From: Oopsacas minuta
Lineage: Eukaryota; Animalia; Porifera
Reading direction: 5' to 3'
DNA: 64,000 nucleotides
Assembly: GCA_024704765.1 (NCBI GenBank)
Contig: JAKMXF010000210.1
Span: 558,001-622,000 of the forward strand
A program made the translations under genes and the position numbers. The first letter of the stretch is position 1; the number at the start of each line of letters is the position of its first letter. Below the pieces are notes generated by a model. It was not told where the DNA came from. It did not search any database and worked only from the letters and a program-made list of their open reading frames with translations. Below, one piece after another: positions 45,174 through 56,525 of this stretch.

Positions 45174-48100
45174 ATGATACTCGATACAGTCACGTCTTCG
45201 AATATCTACACACCTGACTCTACGCACCAATACACTACTCGAATTCTACCCGATAAAGAGGAGCGTACATCGATGATAGCTCTCATAAACTTTCTTCAGA
45301 TTCACCATTTGGATGTAAGTGCAAATTACGATATTTATATTCAGTAATTCGTTTCCGTATTTAGCTAGAATATTTGATTTGTACATTGCTCCACCGATGT
45401 TTGTTACTTGATTTACTTGTCTTTTCGGGTTTTAAATTGAAAAAATATATTTTATGCTGTAAGTATATTTCCCAAATGTTACGCATAGTTAATTACGCTA
45501 CTTGCATGAATAAAACTTATAATAAATATTTAATTACTGAATTGGAGTTGTTAACTAAATAATTGTTCATCTTTTCTATATATTAGAAAATAATTATATA
45601 ATCTCTTTTATTGTACTGGCTTTTGTTTGTGCATTTAACCTTATAGTTTATCAGCCCACTGGAACATTATTCATTCCTTCTCTGTAATAATTATATGACA
45701 GTCGATTATTCGGTCTTTTTCCTTCCCCGCGAATTATATACATGAAAATTGTCTCTGTCACTGAGACGGTTAATATACGCTAAGAATATGCCTTACTTAA
45801 GATCTCATTATAAGACTGTATTACATTTGTGAATCAATTTGTACAAGACTATATTTACATAGTTTGTTTAGTAATACAAGTGGATAGTTACCGCCCTTGT
45901 ATTAATGATAGGAAATTGTTATCTATCTTTTTAGGAAACTCAAGCAGCCTTGCTTCAAGAACTCTGTCTTACTGAGAATTCTGAGGTTACATTGGATGAA
46001 TTGCAACAGGCAATTAATAAGTAAGTTAATTTATCCACCTTGCATGACTAATCATTGTTTGTTCTAACAAGTGTATTTTCTCTCTCTTCCACCGTCTATT
46101 GCTTTTGTTTTTATGCATTTTGATGAGGAATCCCACTTCAACATGTGCTCATAGATGCATATATTCATTGGAAGCATGTACATTATATAATTGCCTACTT
46201 GACTTAACCTGGTTAATGACCTCAAAATTCTTTGATACATGTCTAATGCGTTCGTAAATATTCTAATTTTTTGTTGTTGGAATTTATTCTTATTAAAATA
46301 TTTACATTTGTAGCTGACGTATAAATTATTTTAATAAGTTTACCTATTATTTGCTGCACTTGGCTAATTGTACGCACTTATTTCTATTAATTTTTGGTTA
46401 TTCTAAAACTTATGGCTTTACAATTTGTACAGTGGGTGGCTAATTACATTTACACTGATTTCTGAATCCGAAAAATTCTATGTTAGCTAGAAATTCCTGA
46501 ATAAAAACTGACCATATGCCAAACTACTTATCAAATTTAATTATGAGTCGCGATTTAATACGAATCCGTTCGTCTGAATCATCTTGTGAATAATTCCCAT
46601 TTCTCTACATCTCTGGCTATGTTTATACTATTGTATTATGTGTAGGAGGGATAACAAATTGATGGGTGGGAGTAGAGCTCAATATCATGGACACTTATCC
46701 CCTCTACCAATGGATACTGAAGAGGATTACAGAAAGATCCAAACAGCTCTACCTTCTTCAGTTCTATTGACTAATGATAAGTCACATCCTCCAATCTATA
46801 ATGAGATATCTGTGGGTACAGCTATACAACATAGTTCTCCTCCTAGCTTTATTCCTGCTACCTCCCCCATGATTATCCCTAAAGTAGAAGCTGCTTCTTC
46901 CCCAAATGATCCAATTTCTATTCTTGTGCATACGCCCATTTCATCATCTCCTGGCACCTCATCAAGCTCTGCTTCTTACCAAGTTCCGATCATCTTAAAC
47001 AACTTTTCAGGTTCTGATCAGCCTAATAACGTTCTCACGCTTTTACAACCACCTCAGAATGTAGCTACAACGAATCCTACTCAGCAGCAGACTCAGATTC
47101 TATTGGATGTAGGTTCTAACTCTCTGTCTCAGCTACAGCATATTGGTGCTAAGAGTTTGAATGGAGTTATTCCTATACAACTTAATCTGTCTACTAGAGA
47201 ACAACAGCAGCAACAACAGCAACAACAGCAACAACAGCAACAGCAGCAGCAGCAGCAGCAGCAGCAACAGCAACAACAACAACAACAGCATAAACTAGTA
47301 AACACAAGTATACCTATAACTCAACCTCAATCTCAACCGATTATCATAAATTCTCTCGGTAATGACATAAACACTGCAGTTGGTTACGTTTCTACCAAAA
47401 TCGTATCTCCAGCCACACATTCTTCAAACCTTATTCAAAATAATCCATCTTTAGCTTTCCATGTTCAGCACCCTACCAACACACAAGCTATTACAAAACC
47501 TCTTTTGATCCAAAAGGAAGTTTCACAAACAAACAAAGATAACAACAGACGTCCAATCCTAAGTTATTCTCAGGTACCTCCCACTATATCACAAGCTCCT
47601 AAGACCGTATTAACTTCTAATGGTATTTGTCAGGTAGAGAATCTGCAAATAGCTGGTAACGCTGCCTGGGTGAAGGATACTCCTGGAGATATCCATGCTA
47701 TTCCTATTATAAATACTACAATCAGTCCTCACTTCAGTTTCGATCCTGCTTTTGAGTTAGGACAGCGTAGAAGGAAGAAGAGAGCTGTTTTCGCTCCTCA
47801 GGTCAGAAGGACGTTAGAAAATTCATTCGAACAAAACACTCGGCCATCTCGTCGCGAGTTGGAGTTTCTAGCAGGAAAACTTGGGCTCCTATTCGAGGAG
47901 GTACGTGTTTGGTTCTGCAACAAGCGGCAGAAAGAGAGACAGCAAATGCAGCAGCTAGTCAATGATCAGCCGCAAGGAGATACATGTGGAGATTCTTATA
48001 ATGTATATGCTGATGGATCTCCTCCAATTCCTGGAACCCTACAATCTGATGACTCCCTCCATGAACAAGATTTTCATGTGAAGGAGGAATTCGATTCGGA

Positions 48101-48236
48101 CAATAATATATCACTACCCCCTGGTGTATCAGATTCAAGCCAATTAGCACCAACAGAACTTTTATCAGAATCAAGAGATTCTGAATTCAAACACTCATTT
48201 GAACCTCGCTTCACCTCAGTAGAACAAAGCTCATAA
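45174..48236 (+). CDS. Homeodomain protein (POU-type HD, Cys50) with N-terminal LisH-like motif and polyQ; 3 exons, about 605 aa
   Basis: Exons 45174-45314, 45935-46020 and 46646-48236. GT-AG junctions (GAT|gtaagt, tttttag|GAA, AA|gtaagt, tgtag|G) keep frame. HD at about 47769-47948 contains VRVWFCNKRQKE. Confidence 0.78.
47202..47288 (+). repeat. (CAA/CAG)29 polyglutamine tract
   Basis: 87 nt of mixed CAA/CAG codons including a pure CAG run. Confidence 0.97.
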
Positions 48237-48656
48237 TACTAATGATATTTTTATCTTTTTGATTTGATTGTTATCCAGTCAATTCTCTAAGTAAGCTGCT
48301 CGAGTCATATATATTTTATATGCTATTACAATATTTCAATATTGCTTGATAATTTGTGTCCCGTCTGGCTAATATGCTCTTTGTGAACTTGTTTAGATAG
48401 TTTAACTCATAGATTACCATTTGCATTAATGCTGAATGGTTACAAACGCAAAGACTTCTCAGAATGACAATTTATGTAAATATGTCCACAATTTATAATA
48501 AAGCAATACACGTAGTTAGAAATATTTGTAGACAAGTTGACATTTATAACTGATAATATTACATAAAGCGAATACTTAAATAATCTCCCAGCTAATTTTT
48601 ATCTATTGTTTAGCTGTATAATTTATGACCGAATTAGTTGAAATATTGGAAGATAC

Positions 48657-51476
48657 ATGGCTCGATTAAGTATTAATAAGAAAACGAGTTCTATATTTTA
48701 TATGGATGGACAGGGACAGGACCTGCCTTCTCCATTCGATATACCAGGAAATAGTTGCAATATCAGAGAAGCTCTAACTTCTCCAGTCTCTCCAACTAAT
48801 TCTTCTCCATCTCCTTGCGTAGAACAGAGTTGGGAGATTTTACACAGGAATCGTAATAGATCACTAGATATTGACATGATACCGAATTTCAATAACATGT
48901 CACTGATGGAAATAGAGTCTGGTAGATCAGAAATTTCTATTGCAGCTAAACGTATGTCTTCTGTTGTTACCAACAGGGTTGAGAAGCCTCTGTGTGGGCA
49001 CTTACTCAAGATGGGGAATAACGGGTGGATAAAGATTCGAAAAGATCGATGGTTCAAATATATCCCTGAAACGGGTAGACTTAGTTATTTCAGAAGTTCA
49101 ACTGACTATATACCTCTAGGCTCCATACCAATATCAGAAGCTACTTTCACTTATAATGTTGATCAAATTGAAAAGTGTCAGTTTCAAATCAACACTGCGA
49201 ATAGGACTTATGACTTGCAAGCTAAGAGTGAGCAGGAAATGATGGGATGGCTTAGAGAACTTCAGGGAAAGCGGAAAGAATTTATATCACTGGAGAACAA
49301 CATGCTAACTGAATCGGTTAAATCTACGATGGAAGATCTAGAGTCTCAGAAAAAAGAACTGAGTTTGATTGAGGCTGACAAAGGATTTAAACGAAACCGT
49401 GGTCATTCCCACTCTTCTCACGACTTCTCACACACTCAAACATATCATGATAACTTCTCAGGATTATCAAGTATGCTCAAACCTCATGTGACAAAATCTT
49501 CTACGATATTTAGAAATAATAGCAACAATTTTCCTAATTCAGGTTCTAAAAAGGATGGATCATCTCCATGGCCATGCGACAAGTGTCAAGATTACCAAAA
49601 GCAAATAAATGGGCTCAAGGGTCAGAATGACCTCTTGACCCAACAGCTGGAGGACAAGTGCCAAGTTATAAAAACATTACAGAGTGCAATGAGGAGTCTA
49701 GACATACAATATAGATCTATTTCTGCGGCTATTGAATCATCTCCTAATGCTAAGAAGAAACTATCAAATGTATCTGAAATAGGTACACAAGATTTTTCCT
49801 CAATTCTACAGGATTTGAATGAAGAAATTGAAATATTGAAGGAAGAGAAATCTGCATGCGAGAAGGAGAATCAAGACTTACAAGACCAACTACAAACTTT
49901 GGAAGAAATAATGCAGGCTAAGGAAAATGTTATACTCTCTCTTACTAAAGAGATATACTCTCTAGAACACACAGATAAGCCACCACCTGTAGACGCAGTG
50001 CTACTCAACCACGAGCCTACTCTTCAAGAACGTCTCTATGAATCTAAACAACAAATAAATGCATACAAAACAAATACTGAGTTTATGAAGAAAGAAGTTG
50101 ATGACATACTATCTTTACACAAACAAAAAGAAGAGAACCTCAATCTCTTAAGAGACCAGTTCTCTAACCTTGAGGCAGAACATGATAAGCTTAAAGGCAA
50201 ATATCTTATTTTGTTAAAAGAACTGAACAAACCAACTGCTTGCAACTTTCTAGACTCAGAACTGTTGAATAATATGCTGAAAGAAGCATTAAATGAAACT
50301 CGTACAAGAGCATCTACTATCTCGATCACTGACCATCTAAACTTCCAAGAATATGATCCTTATGGTTTCGCTTATTTTGACTTGGAGATGAGTGCTGAAC
50401 AGAAAGAAGTGCTTATTAAAGCTTACTTGAAAACTCTTCATGATAATAAAGTGGAGGAGTCCCAGCACAATGAAAAATGGAACGCATACGTACACAGGAC
50501 TGGACGTAGAGAGAACTTCCCACAAACCAAAGAACTAAAGGATTTAATTCGATTTGGAATTCCACAGACATTCCGTAAAGAAGTATGGAAGAGTATGATT
50601 AAGAAACATATAGCCAAAACTCATATAGACTTAGATGAGAGCTATTATAAGAACTTGCTAGAGCTCTCTCAAGGACAGACTGCTGCTATTAAACAGGTAC
50701 AATTGGATCTGTTACGTACTCTACCTAATAACAAACACTTCAGGAGAGAGGATTCAGACGGAATCAAGAAGCTGAATAGAGTTCTGCTAGCTTTCTCATA
50801 CCATAATCCACGTATTGGATATTGCCAGGGGATAAATAGAATAGCTGCCATATTGTTACTACTGTTAGATGAGTTTGATGCGTTTTTAGGGATGGTAGCA
50901 ATTATTGACGTCATAATGCCTCAGGATTATTACACTGACAAATTACTGGACTCACAAGCTGATCAGAGAGTATTCAATGATTTCTTGTCAGAGAAAATAC
51001 CCCGTCTCGCTTCTTACTTGCAGAAAGAGAGCTTGGATATTTCTCTAATTACATTCAATTGGTTCTTTACAGTATTTGTTGATGGATTTCCTCCTGATTT
51101 AATGTTCAGGATATGGGACTGCTTCCTGTCAGAAGGTTGTAAGATCTTGTTTCGATACTCACTAGCCTTCTTCAAAATGCACGAAGAGAAACTATTGCTA
51201 TTCCCTGCTAGCGCCTATTTCAAACTAGTGAAGGAGCTAAGTGAGTCCACATTCGACTCTAGAAGGCTGTGTCACATAGCATTCTACGAGCTGAACCCGC
51301 TAGCTACCAGAGATGTAAATAGAAAGAGACAAATGCACCAGGCTGACGTAAAGCAGGAGATAAAGGAAATGGACGCTAGACGTGAGAGTGCTCTACGTGC
51401 TTATAAAGAGAGAGAAACTACTGTTGTAAGGATGTCTGAGCTGGAGAATAATGAGGAAGTTTATAACAGTGACTAA
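48657..51476 (+). CDS. TBC1D2: TBC1 domain family member 2-like (PH, coiled coil, Rab-GAP TBC)
   Basis: PH domain (LCGHLLK...RWFKY...LSYFR), coiled coil, and TBC motifs IKQVQLDLLRTLP and IGYCQGINRIAAILL. Confidence 0.88.
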   Translation: MARLSINKKTSSIFYMDGQGQDLPSPFDIPGNSCNIREALTSPVSPTNSSPSPCVEQSWEILHRNRNRSLDIDMIPNFNNMSLMEIESGRSEISIAAKRMSSVVTNRVEKPLCGHLLKMGNNGWIKIRKDRWFKYIPETGRLSYFRSSTDYIPLGSIPISEATFTYNVDQIEKCQFQINTANRTYDLQAKSEQEMMGWLRELQGKRKEFISLENNMLTESVKSTMEDLESQKKELSLIEADKGFKRNRGHSHSSHDFSHTQTYHDNFSGLSSMLKPHVTKSSTIFRNNSNNFPNSGSKKDGSSPWPCDKCQDYQKQINGLKGQNDLLTQQLEDKCQVIKTLQSAMRSLDIQYRSISAAIESSPNAKKKLSNVSEIGTQDFSSILQDLNEEIEILKEEKSACEKENQDLQDQLQTLEEIMQAKENVILSLTKEIYSLEHTDKPPPVDAVLLNHEPTLQERLYESKQQINAYKTNTEFMKKEVDDILSLHKQKEENLNLLRDQFSNLEAEHDKLKGKYLILLKELNKPTACNFLDSELLNNMLKEALNETRTRASTISITDHLNFQEYDPYGFAYFDLEMSAEQKEVLIKAYLKTLHDNKVEESQHNEKWNAYVHRTGRRENFPQTKELKDLIRFGIPQTFRKEVWKSMIKKHIAKTHIDLDESYYKNLLELSQGQTAAIKQVQLDLLRTLPNNKHFRREDSDGIKKLNRVLLAFSYHNPRIGYCQGINRIAAILLLLLDEFDAFLGMVAIIDVIMPQDYYTDKLLDSQADQRVFNDFLSEKIPRLASYLQKESLDISLITFNWFFTVFVDGFPPDLMFRIWDCFLSEGCKILFRYSLAFFKMHEEKLLLFPASAYFKLVKELSESTFDSRRLCHIAFYELNPLATRDVNRKRQMHQADVKQEIKEMDARRESALRAYKERETTVVRMSELENNEEVYNSD

Positions 51477-51732
51477 CTACACATGGTTGTATTTTATTTA
51501 CAAGGATTTTAATGTGTTTATTTGTATATTTTGTTTATTGGAAATTCTTCTTACCTAACCTCGTTTTTGCGATAATTTTATTTTTCTCTGCACATTTTGT
51601 ATTTACATCCCTTTAGTATATAATTATCTCTATTAGTTCTGGCGCTCACGGTACTGGTTATTTTTGGAAATTTGTGTTAATTTTAACAGTTTTTTATACT
51701 CTTACTGTATTTCTAATTACTAGAGGGAGGTA

Positions 51733-53391
51733 ATGACTGATGGGGATGCCAATCTAGCAGGTGATGGTCTGAATATAGAGTTGTCTGTTTGGCTACAACA
51801 TCTGAGTATGGAGAATACATCAAATAAGGAAGCTACCAAACAGTTAGTTGATCTGTTCGGTCGATTCAATATTCCAGCAGAATTTGTAAATCTCCTTATA
51901 ATAACAGCTAGTAACGGGTCTTTACACGAATATCTGAGGAATCTATCTAGTCTCATTGAACGAACTCTCAAACATGCTCACGTCACTCAGAGGTCAGGAC
52001 AGGATGTGTTACCGCCTATCCCTCTGGAGGAGGGGGAGAGGAACGAATTGGAGGAGCTGATATCTCCTCAGACTACAGATACACTCTTCAATACAGAATC
52101 CAATAACTTATTTGAACACACACGTACTCAGTTAGTGCTAACTAATAATCTCATTATTCTATTGATTGTACATATATCTAATATTATATTTGCTAGGGTT
52201 AATGAAGCCCTAAGAGAACTAATGGTTATAACCACTCATGACGATAATCTAGAGAGACAGTATAAAGAAATGTGTGCACAATGCTCTAAACTATTCTCTG
52301 ATCTAGACAGAGCTAAGCGAGAAGTGTTCAAGCTACGAGGCAAGATATCAATCGTAGAAATGACTCCAGAGAGAATGAGAATTGAAATGAACAAACAGAA
52401 AGAGAGAGATATGAAGAAAGCACAACAAGTAGATAGAGATTTGCATGAGAGCAGGACTGATGAGTTAGCTCAAGTATTGAATGAGAGGCCTATACGTAAG
52501 AATGCTCCTCGCCTCCCAATACCAGCACCTATACCTGTGACACGTATTCCTAAGAAGAGAGCTAGACACACAGACATCCCTCCACCAGTAGAAGGGTGTC
52601 AATGCTCTGTATGTAAAACAGTACAGGGTCTAGGATCCAGTATGATTGTACCAGTAGGTATAGAGTCCATACAATCAGGACAACAGATATTATTAGGAGA
52701 TAGGGTTATAGTTAAGGGACAGAGACCTGGTACTGTTAGGTATCTGGGTAAGCTAGAGGATCACAAGAATGATCTCGGTAATGAAGTGTTTGCAGGAGTT
52801 CAGTTAGATTATCCAGTAGGTGTACATAATGGTACATTCAATGGAAAGAGATACTTCTCTTGTCCAGCTAAACACGGTGTATTTCTACCTCTGAGAGACG
52901 TTATATGTGTGAGTAATCGAGCTGTTGTACCTCTCTCCACTTCTCTAGCTCTTAAGCGGGCTAAGAAGAGACAGGAAGCAGAGGAGAAGGCTAAGAAACA
53001 GCTGATAGAGCAAGAACGTGCTTATCAATCAGGAATAAAATATCTTAATGAAATTGAACAGAAGAGATACTCAATGGACAATATCAATGTGTTATCTCTT
53101 GAGACACCGCTCACCAGTTATAAGAAGCTGGAGAAGAAAATCTCTCTAGATTCAGGTAAACTGATACAATCTACTGATTTCTCTAAGACTACACCTGATA
53201 AAGAAAAATTAGAGATGAGGAATAGGATGGATAATTTGCTCCTTAAGAGTAGGAGTATTTATGATGAAAAACATCCTTCTCATGTGATTTCTAGCCGAGA
53301 AATGCAACCCGAATCACTATCCAGATACGGACGGCCTGATGGGACAGGAGGACAAGGGAGGAGAGAGGTAACAATCTCAGTTACTAATTGA
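51733..53391 (+). CDS. CAP-Gly domain protein with N-terminal helical/coiled-coil region
   Basis: GDRVIVKGQRPGTVRYLG...AGVQLDYPVGVHNG...RYFSCPAKHGVF. Confidence 0.85.
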   Translation: MTDGDANLAGDGLNIELSVWLQHLSMENTSNKEATKQLVDLFGRFNIPAEFVNLLIITASNGSLHEYLRNLSSLIERTLKHAHVTQRSGQDVLPPIPLEEGERNELEELISPQTTDTLFNTESNNLFEHTRTQLVLTNNLIILLIVHISNIIFARVNEALRELMVITTHDDNLERQYKEMCAQCSKLFSDLDRAKREVFKLRGKISIVEMTPERMRIEMNKQKERDMKKAQQVDRDLHESRTDELAQVLNERPIRKNAPRLPIPAPIPVTRIPKKRARHTDIPPPVEGCQCSVCKTVQGLGSSMIVPVGIESIQSGQQILLGDRVIVKGQRPGTVRYLGKLEDHKNDLGNEVFAGVQLDYPVGVHNGTFNGKRYFSCPAKHGVFLPLRDVICVSNRAVVPLSTSLALKRAKKRQEAEEKAKKQLIEQERAYQSGIKYLNEIEQKRYSMDNINVLSLETPLTSYKKLEKKISLDSGKLIQSTDFSKTTPDKEKLEMRNRMDNLLLKSRSIYDEKHPSHVISSREMQPESLSRYGRPDGTGGQGRREVTISVTN

Positions 53392-53548
53392 AATATAACC
53401 CTATTTATTATAGAATATGTCACTTTTTATATTTCTACTACGAATATTATTCTTTTTGTATTTTCTATTTGTATCTCTTAAGTTATTATAACTTCCCGTA
53501 TTTCCCTGCTTACATCTGTACATATAATATAATACTATTTCTCAGTGT

Positions 53549-53869
53549 ATGGCTGCTGTAGTAGAGCTTCTTAGTTTGGATGTAACCATCGAGTTTAACG
53601 GGGGTGCAGAATTGCTGTTTGGGAAGAAGAGAAGGCACCAGATCTCTCTCCCTCAGACTGGAAATAGTTGGACAATTCAGAGACTTCTCTTCTGGCTGCG
53701 TGACAATATACTGACGTCACGACCTGATTTGTTTATTCAGAATGATACAGTGAGACCAGGGATACTGGTGCTTGTTAATAATACAGACTGGGAGCTGTTG
53801 GATGGTCTTAACTACCAGCTGCAACAGAATGACGTCATAGTATTCATATCTACATTACATGGCGGTTAA
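53549..53869 (+). CDS. URM1: Ubiquitin-related modifier 1
   Basis: [29 protein letters not shown], and C-terminal FISTLHGG. Confidence 0.97.
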   Translation: MAAVVELLSLDVTIEFNGGAELLFGKKRRHQISLPQTGNSWTIQRLLFWLRDNILTSRPDLFIQNDTVRPGILVLVNNTDWELLDGLNYQLQQNDVIVFISTLHGG

Positions 53870-53987
53870 CATAATTACAGTAGTATTTTGTGATATACAT
53901 ATATTTGTAACAACTGAGACAAGCAATATTTATACTTTGTACTTACGCCTCATATAGTATTATAACCGTTTACCTGTCAGTAGCCAG

Positions 53988-56009
53988 ATGTCATTTTTCG
54001 ATCTCTCTGTGACTGGTACAGCTCCGAAATGGGCGGCACGACAGCCAGTGATTGTATCTCGCCCCCCTATCAAACCCCCTTCATTTTCAGTTCATCCAAG
54101 TAAAGCTCCTTTCTACAACCGCAATCTTACTCAGGGGTACCATCCTCCCAAACATGTCCCTGGTACCACACAGCAACTCATGAACTACACCAATCAGCTG
54201 ATGGGAGCAGCTAAGGAGTACTCATCTCAGAATAAGAATAAAACTGTACACATCGATAAGGAAATAAACATTAAGCCTGATCCTCTATCTATTAATAAGC
54301 AAGATGTAAATACAAACAAACAAGATATTCCCACTAAGCAGAAGAAACCATTAGCTTCTTCTAAAGTAAAACCTTATAGAGCTACGAGGAGTAGACGAGC
54401 TCCTCAAGGAGTACCAAAGCTGAATCTATCTCAGCTGTGTGAGCCTGATGAAGAGATGATGCCAATACAGCTAATTCCATCTCGTAAGAACTCTGAGAGT
54501 GAGACTGTACGCAGCTGGGGGTCACCAGAAACTCTAAGAAAGGATAAAGAGACTCAAGATAATGGTTCCGTACAGAAAACTCAAGAACAGGTCAAGGATA
54601 AATCAAAAGATAAACCTATAGTCCCTCTTCTAGACCTTGCTATGCTTAGCAGTACTAGGAAATACAGTCATGATACTCTAACAGACATAGAGAGTATTCC
54701 TTCTAAGCCTGCTACACTCTCCAAACCTAATCTTAGTAATAACGAATATGTGAATGCTACTAAACCTAAGCTGACTACAGCATGGGGAGAGACTAATGCT
54801 CATGGACTTATCATGCATGAGAATAGGAAGTTATACAGATTTACAGAAGAGGTGCTAGACCAAGAGATGGGGAAGCAGTCTGTTAGCGCTGGTACTCGTA
54901 GTGACTCATATCTCTCTTTCCAGAACTCTATCCCAACAACTCGTGTATCTAGTGGGTCACGTGTACAACCTAGTGACCTCAGTAAAAGACTCAGGTTTGG
55001 AGCTAGGATCCTGTCTCGTAGAGGGAGAGATTCAGCTAGAGAGTTGTGTGGATTCTATTTTGTAGGAGATAACACTATGACTATATACGAGTTCAGACAA
55101 TTCGGACAGAGGTCTTCTGCATTGCCTTTCCTACAGAGGAGACCTTATAGACATCTGATTGGTGAATTGAGAGATGATCAGGTACTGGTAGGAGACATAT
55201 TTTCTGGACTCACTCTATGCTTCTCTACTGCTAACCAACCCTCCCTCCCTGATCCTCTGAAGAGGTACACTCGTCTCTATCTGAGGATTACACAGGTTTG
55301 TAACTACTATACTAACTAACTAGCTAACTAATTGATTAATTATTAGGTAGACGAGAAGTCAAAAGAAGAGCTGAAACAATATCTTAACGGAGAAGAGGTT
55401 CTATACAGAAGATCTCTGTTACGAACAACTTACGATATTACAAACTCAATTCAGAATTCTATCTGGTCTGTACTCTCTAAGAGGTCTCCTAAATCTCTCA
55501 TTAACTTCGGACGGTATCTCCTCACAATAGACACGACTAGCTCGGGTTATCTATCCAAAGGTCAGCTGTTACTCGCATTGAAGACATTCCATCTCTCTCT
55601 GACTCCAGACCAATTCCAATCCATATGGGACCTGTCCTCTGGCATGGAAACAGGAGGGCGTGTCAGTCACGAGCAGTTTAGAAGACTACTACTCGGAGGA
55701 CTCCCAGATGAAAGGAGAGTAGCTATGAGAGTAGTACTCGTTAAGCTAGATGCTAACAAGACAGGAGAAATACAGTTGTGGCAGATGAAGAAGTTTTTCT
55801 GTACAAGAAGACACCCAGATGTGTTAGAAGGTAAACTAACAGAAGAACAATGCTATTCAGATTTCTTCTCAGCTTTCTATAACGATAAATACAAATCTCC
55901 TGATATTCTATCGTATGCTGAATTAGAAGATTATTACGAATTCGTAAGTCACACAGTAGAAGATGATACAAGATTCAAATCTATCCTCAAGAACTGTTGG
56001 GGCATCTGA
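53988..56009 (+). CDS. CAPS2: Calcyphosin-2-like EF-hand protein, 2 exons
   Basis: LRFGARIL...RELCGFYF..D..MTIYEFRQFG and C-terminal EF hands ending LKNCWGI. Exons 53988-55295 and 55347-56009 join in frame across a 51-bp intron. Confidence 0.8.
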
Positions 56010-56525
56010 GCTACTATAAATCAACCAACTCACTCGTTTATAATAATTGCCCCAGAAATTAATGGGGTTATTCGAGATTTTTACCTGCGGCCATATATAA
56101 TAACTGTTTTACTGTTATTTCTCTTGTACTCTTGTAATGTATACCATTTGTACACTTTTATACTATATTAATCATAGAGATATTATTGAAACATTGTTGC
56201 AATTTACCTGAATTAAATGAGGTCACTGGTTTGTTTTTGGGGATGATGTTTGTATTTCTTAATATAATTAGATGCATAAATCAAACAATACCCTCCTACA
56301 CAATTATGATATTCACGTGTAAAGTGATAGCGCATGATATTGATTTAATTGCATTACACCCTTTCTCAAGCTTCTCGTTGTCTTGTGAAACTTTTGTTCA
56401 TTTTATCCTGCAATTGAAACAGTCATATGAATAGTTGCAACGATATATAAATAAGCAATCGACTAGACATATACAGTCATTGAATTTAGTAAATTATATT
56501 CAAAACCTGGTACAGTTTTGTAAAA

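Noticed and set aside
44247-45562. Hydrophobic short ORFs 44247-44441 and 45374-45562 (likewise 14638-14823, 38725-38952, 56186-56434)
   Set aside because: Composition reflects T-rich non-coding DNA. 45374-45562 lies within the inferred homeobox intron 1.
14830-53869. ELP1 and URM1 (both in the wobble-U34 tRNA modification pathway), and CI-MPR with its sorter SNX1/2, in one window
   Set aside because: They are about 28-35 kb apart with many unrelated genes between, so chance co-location is sufficient.
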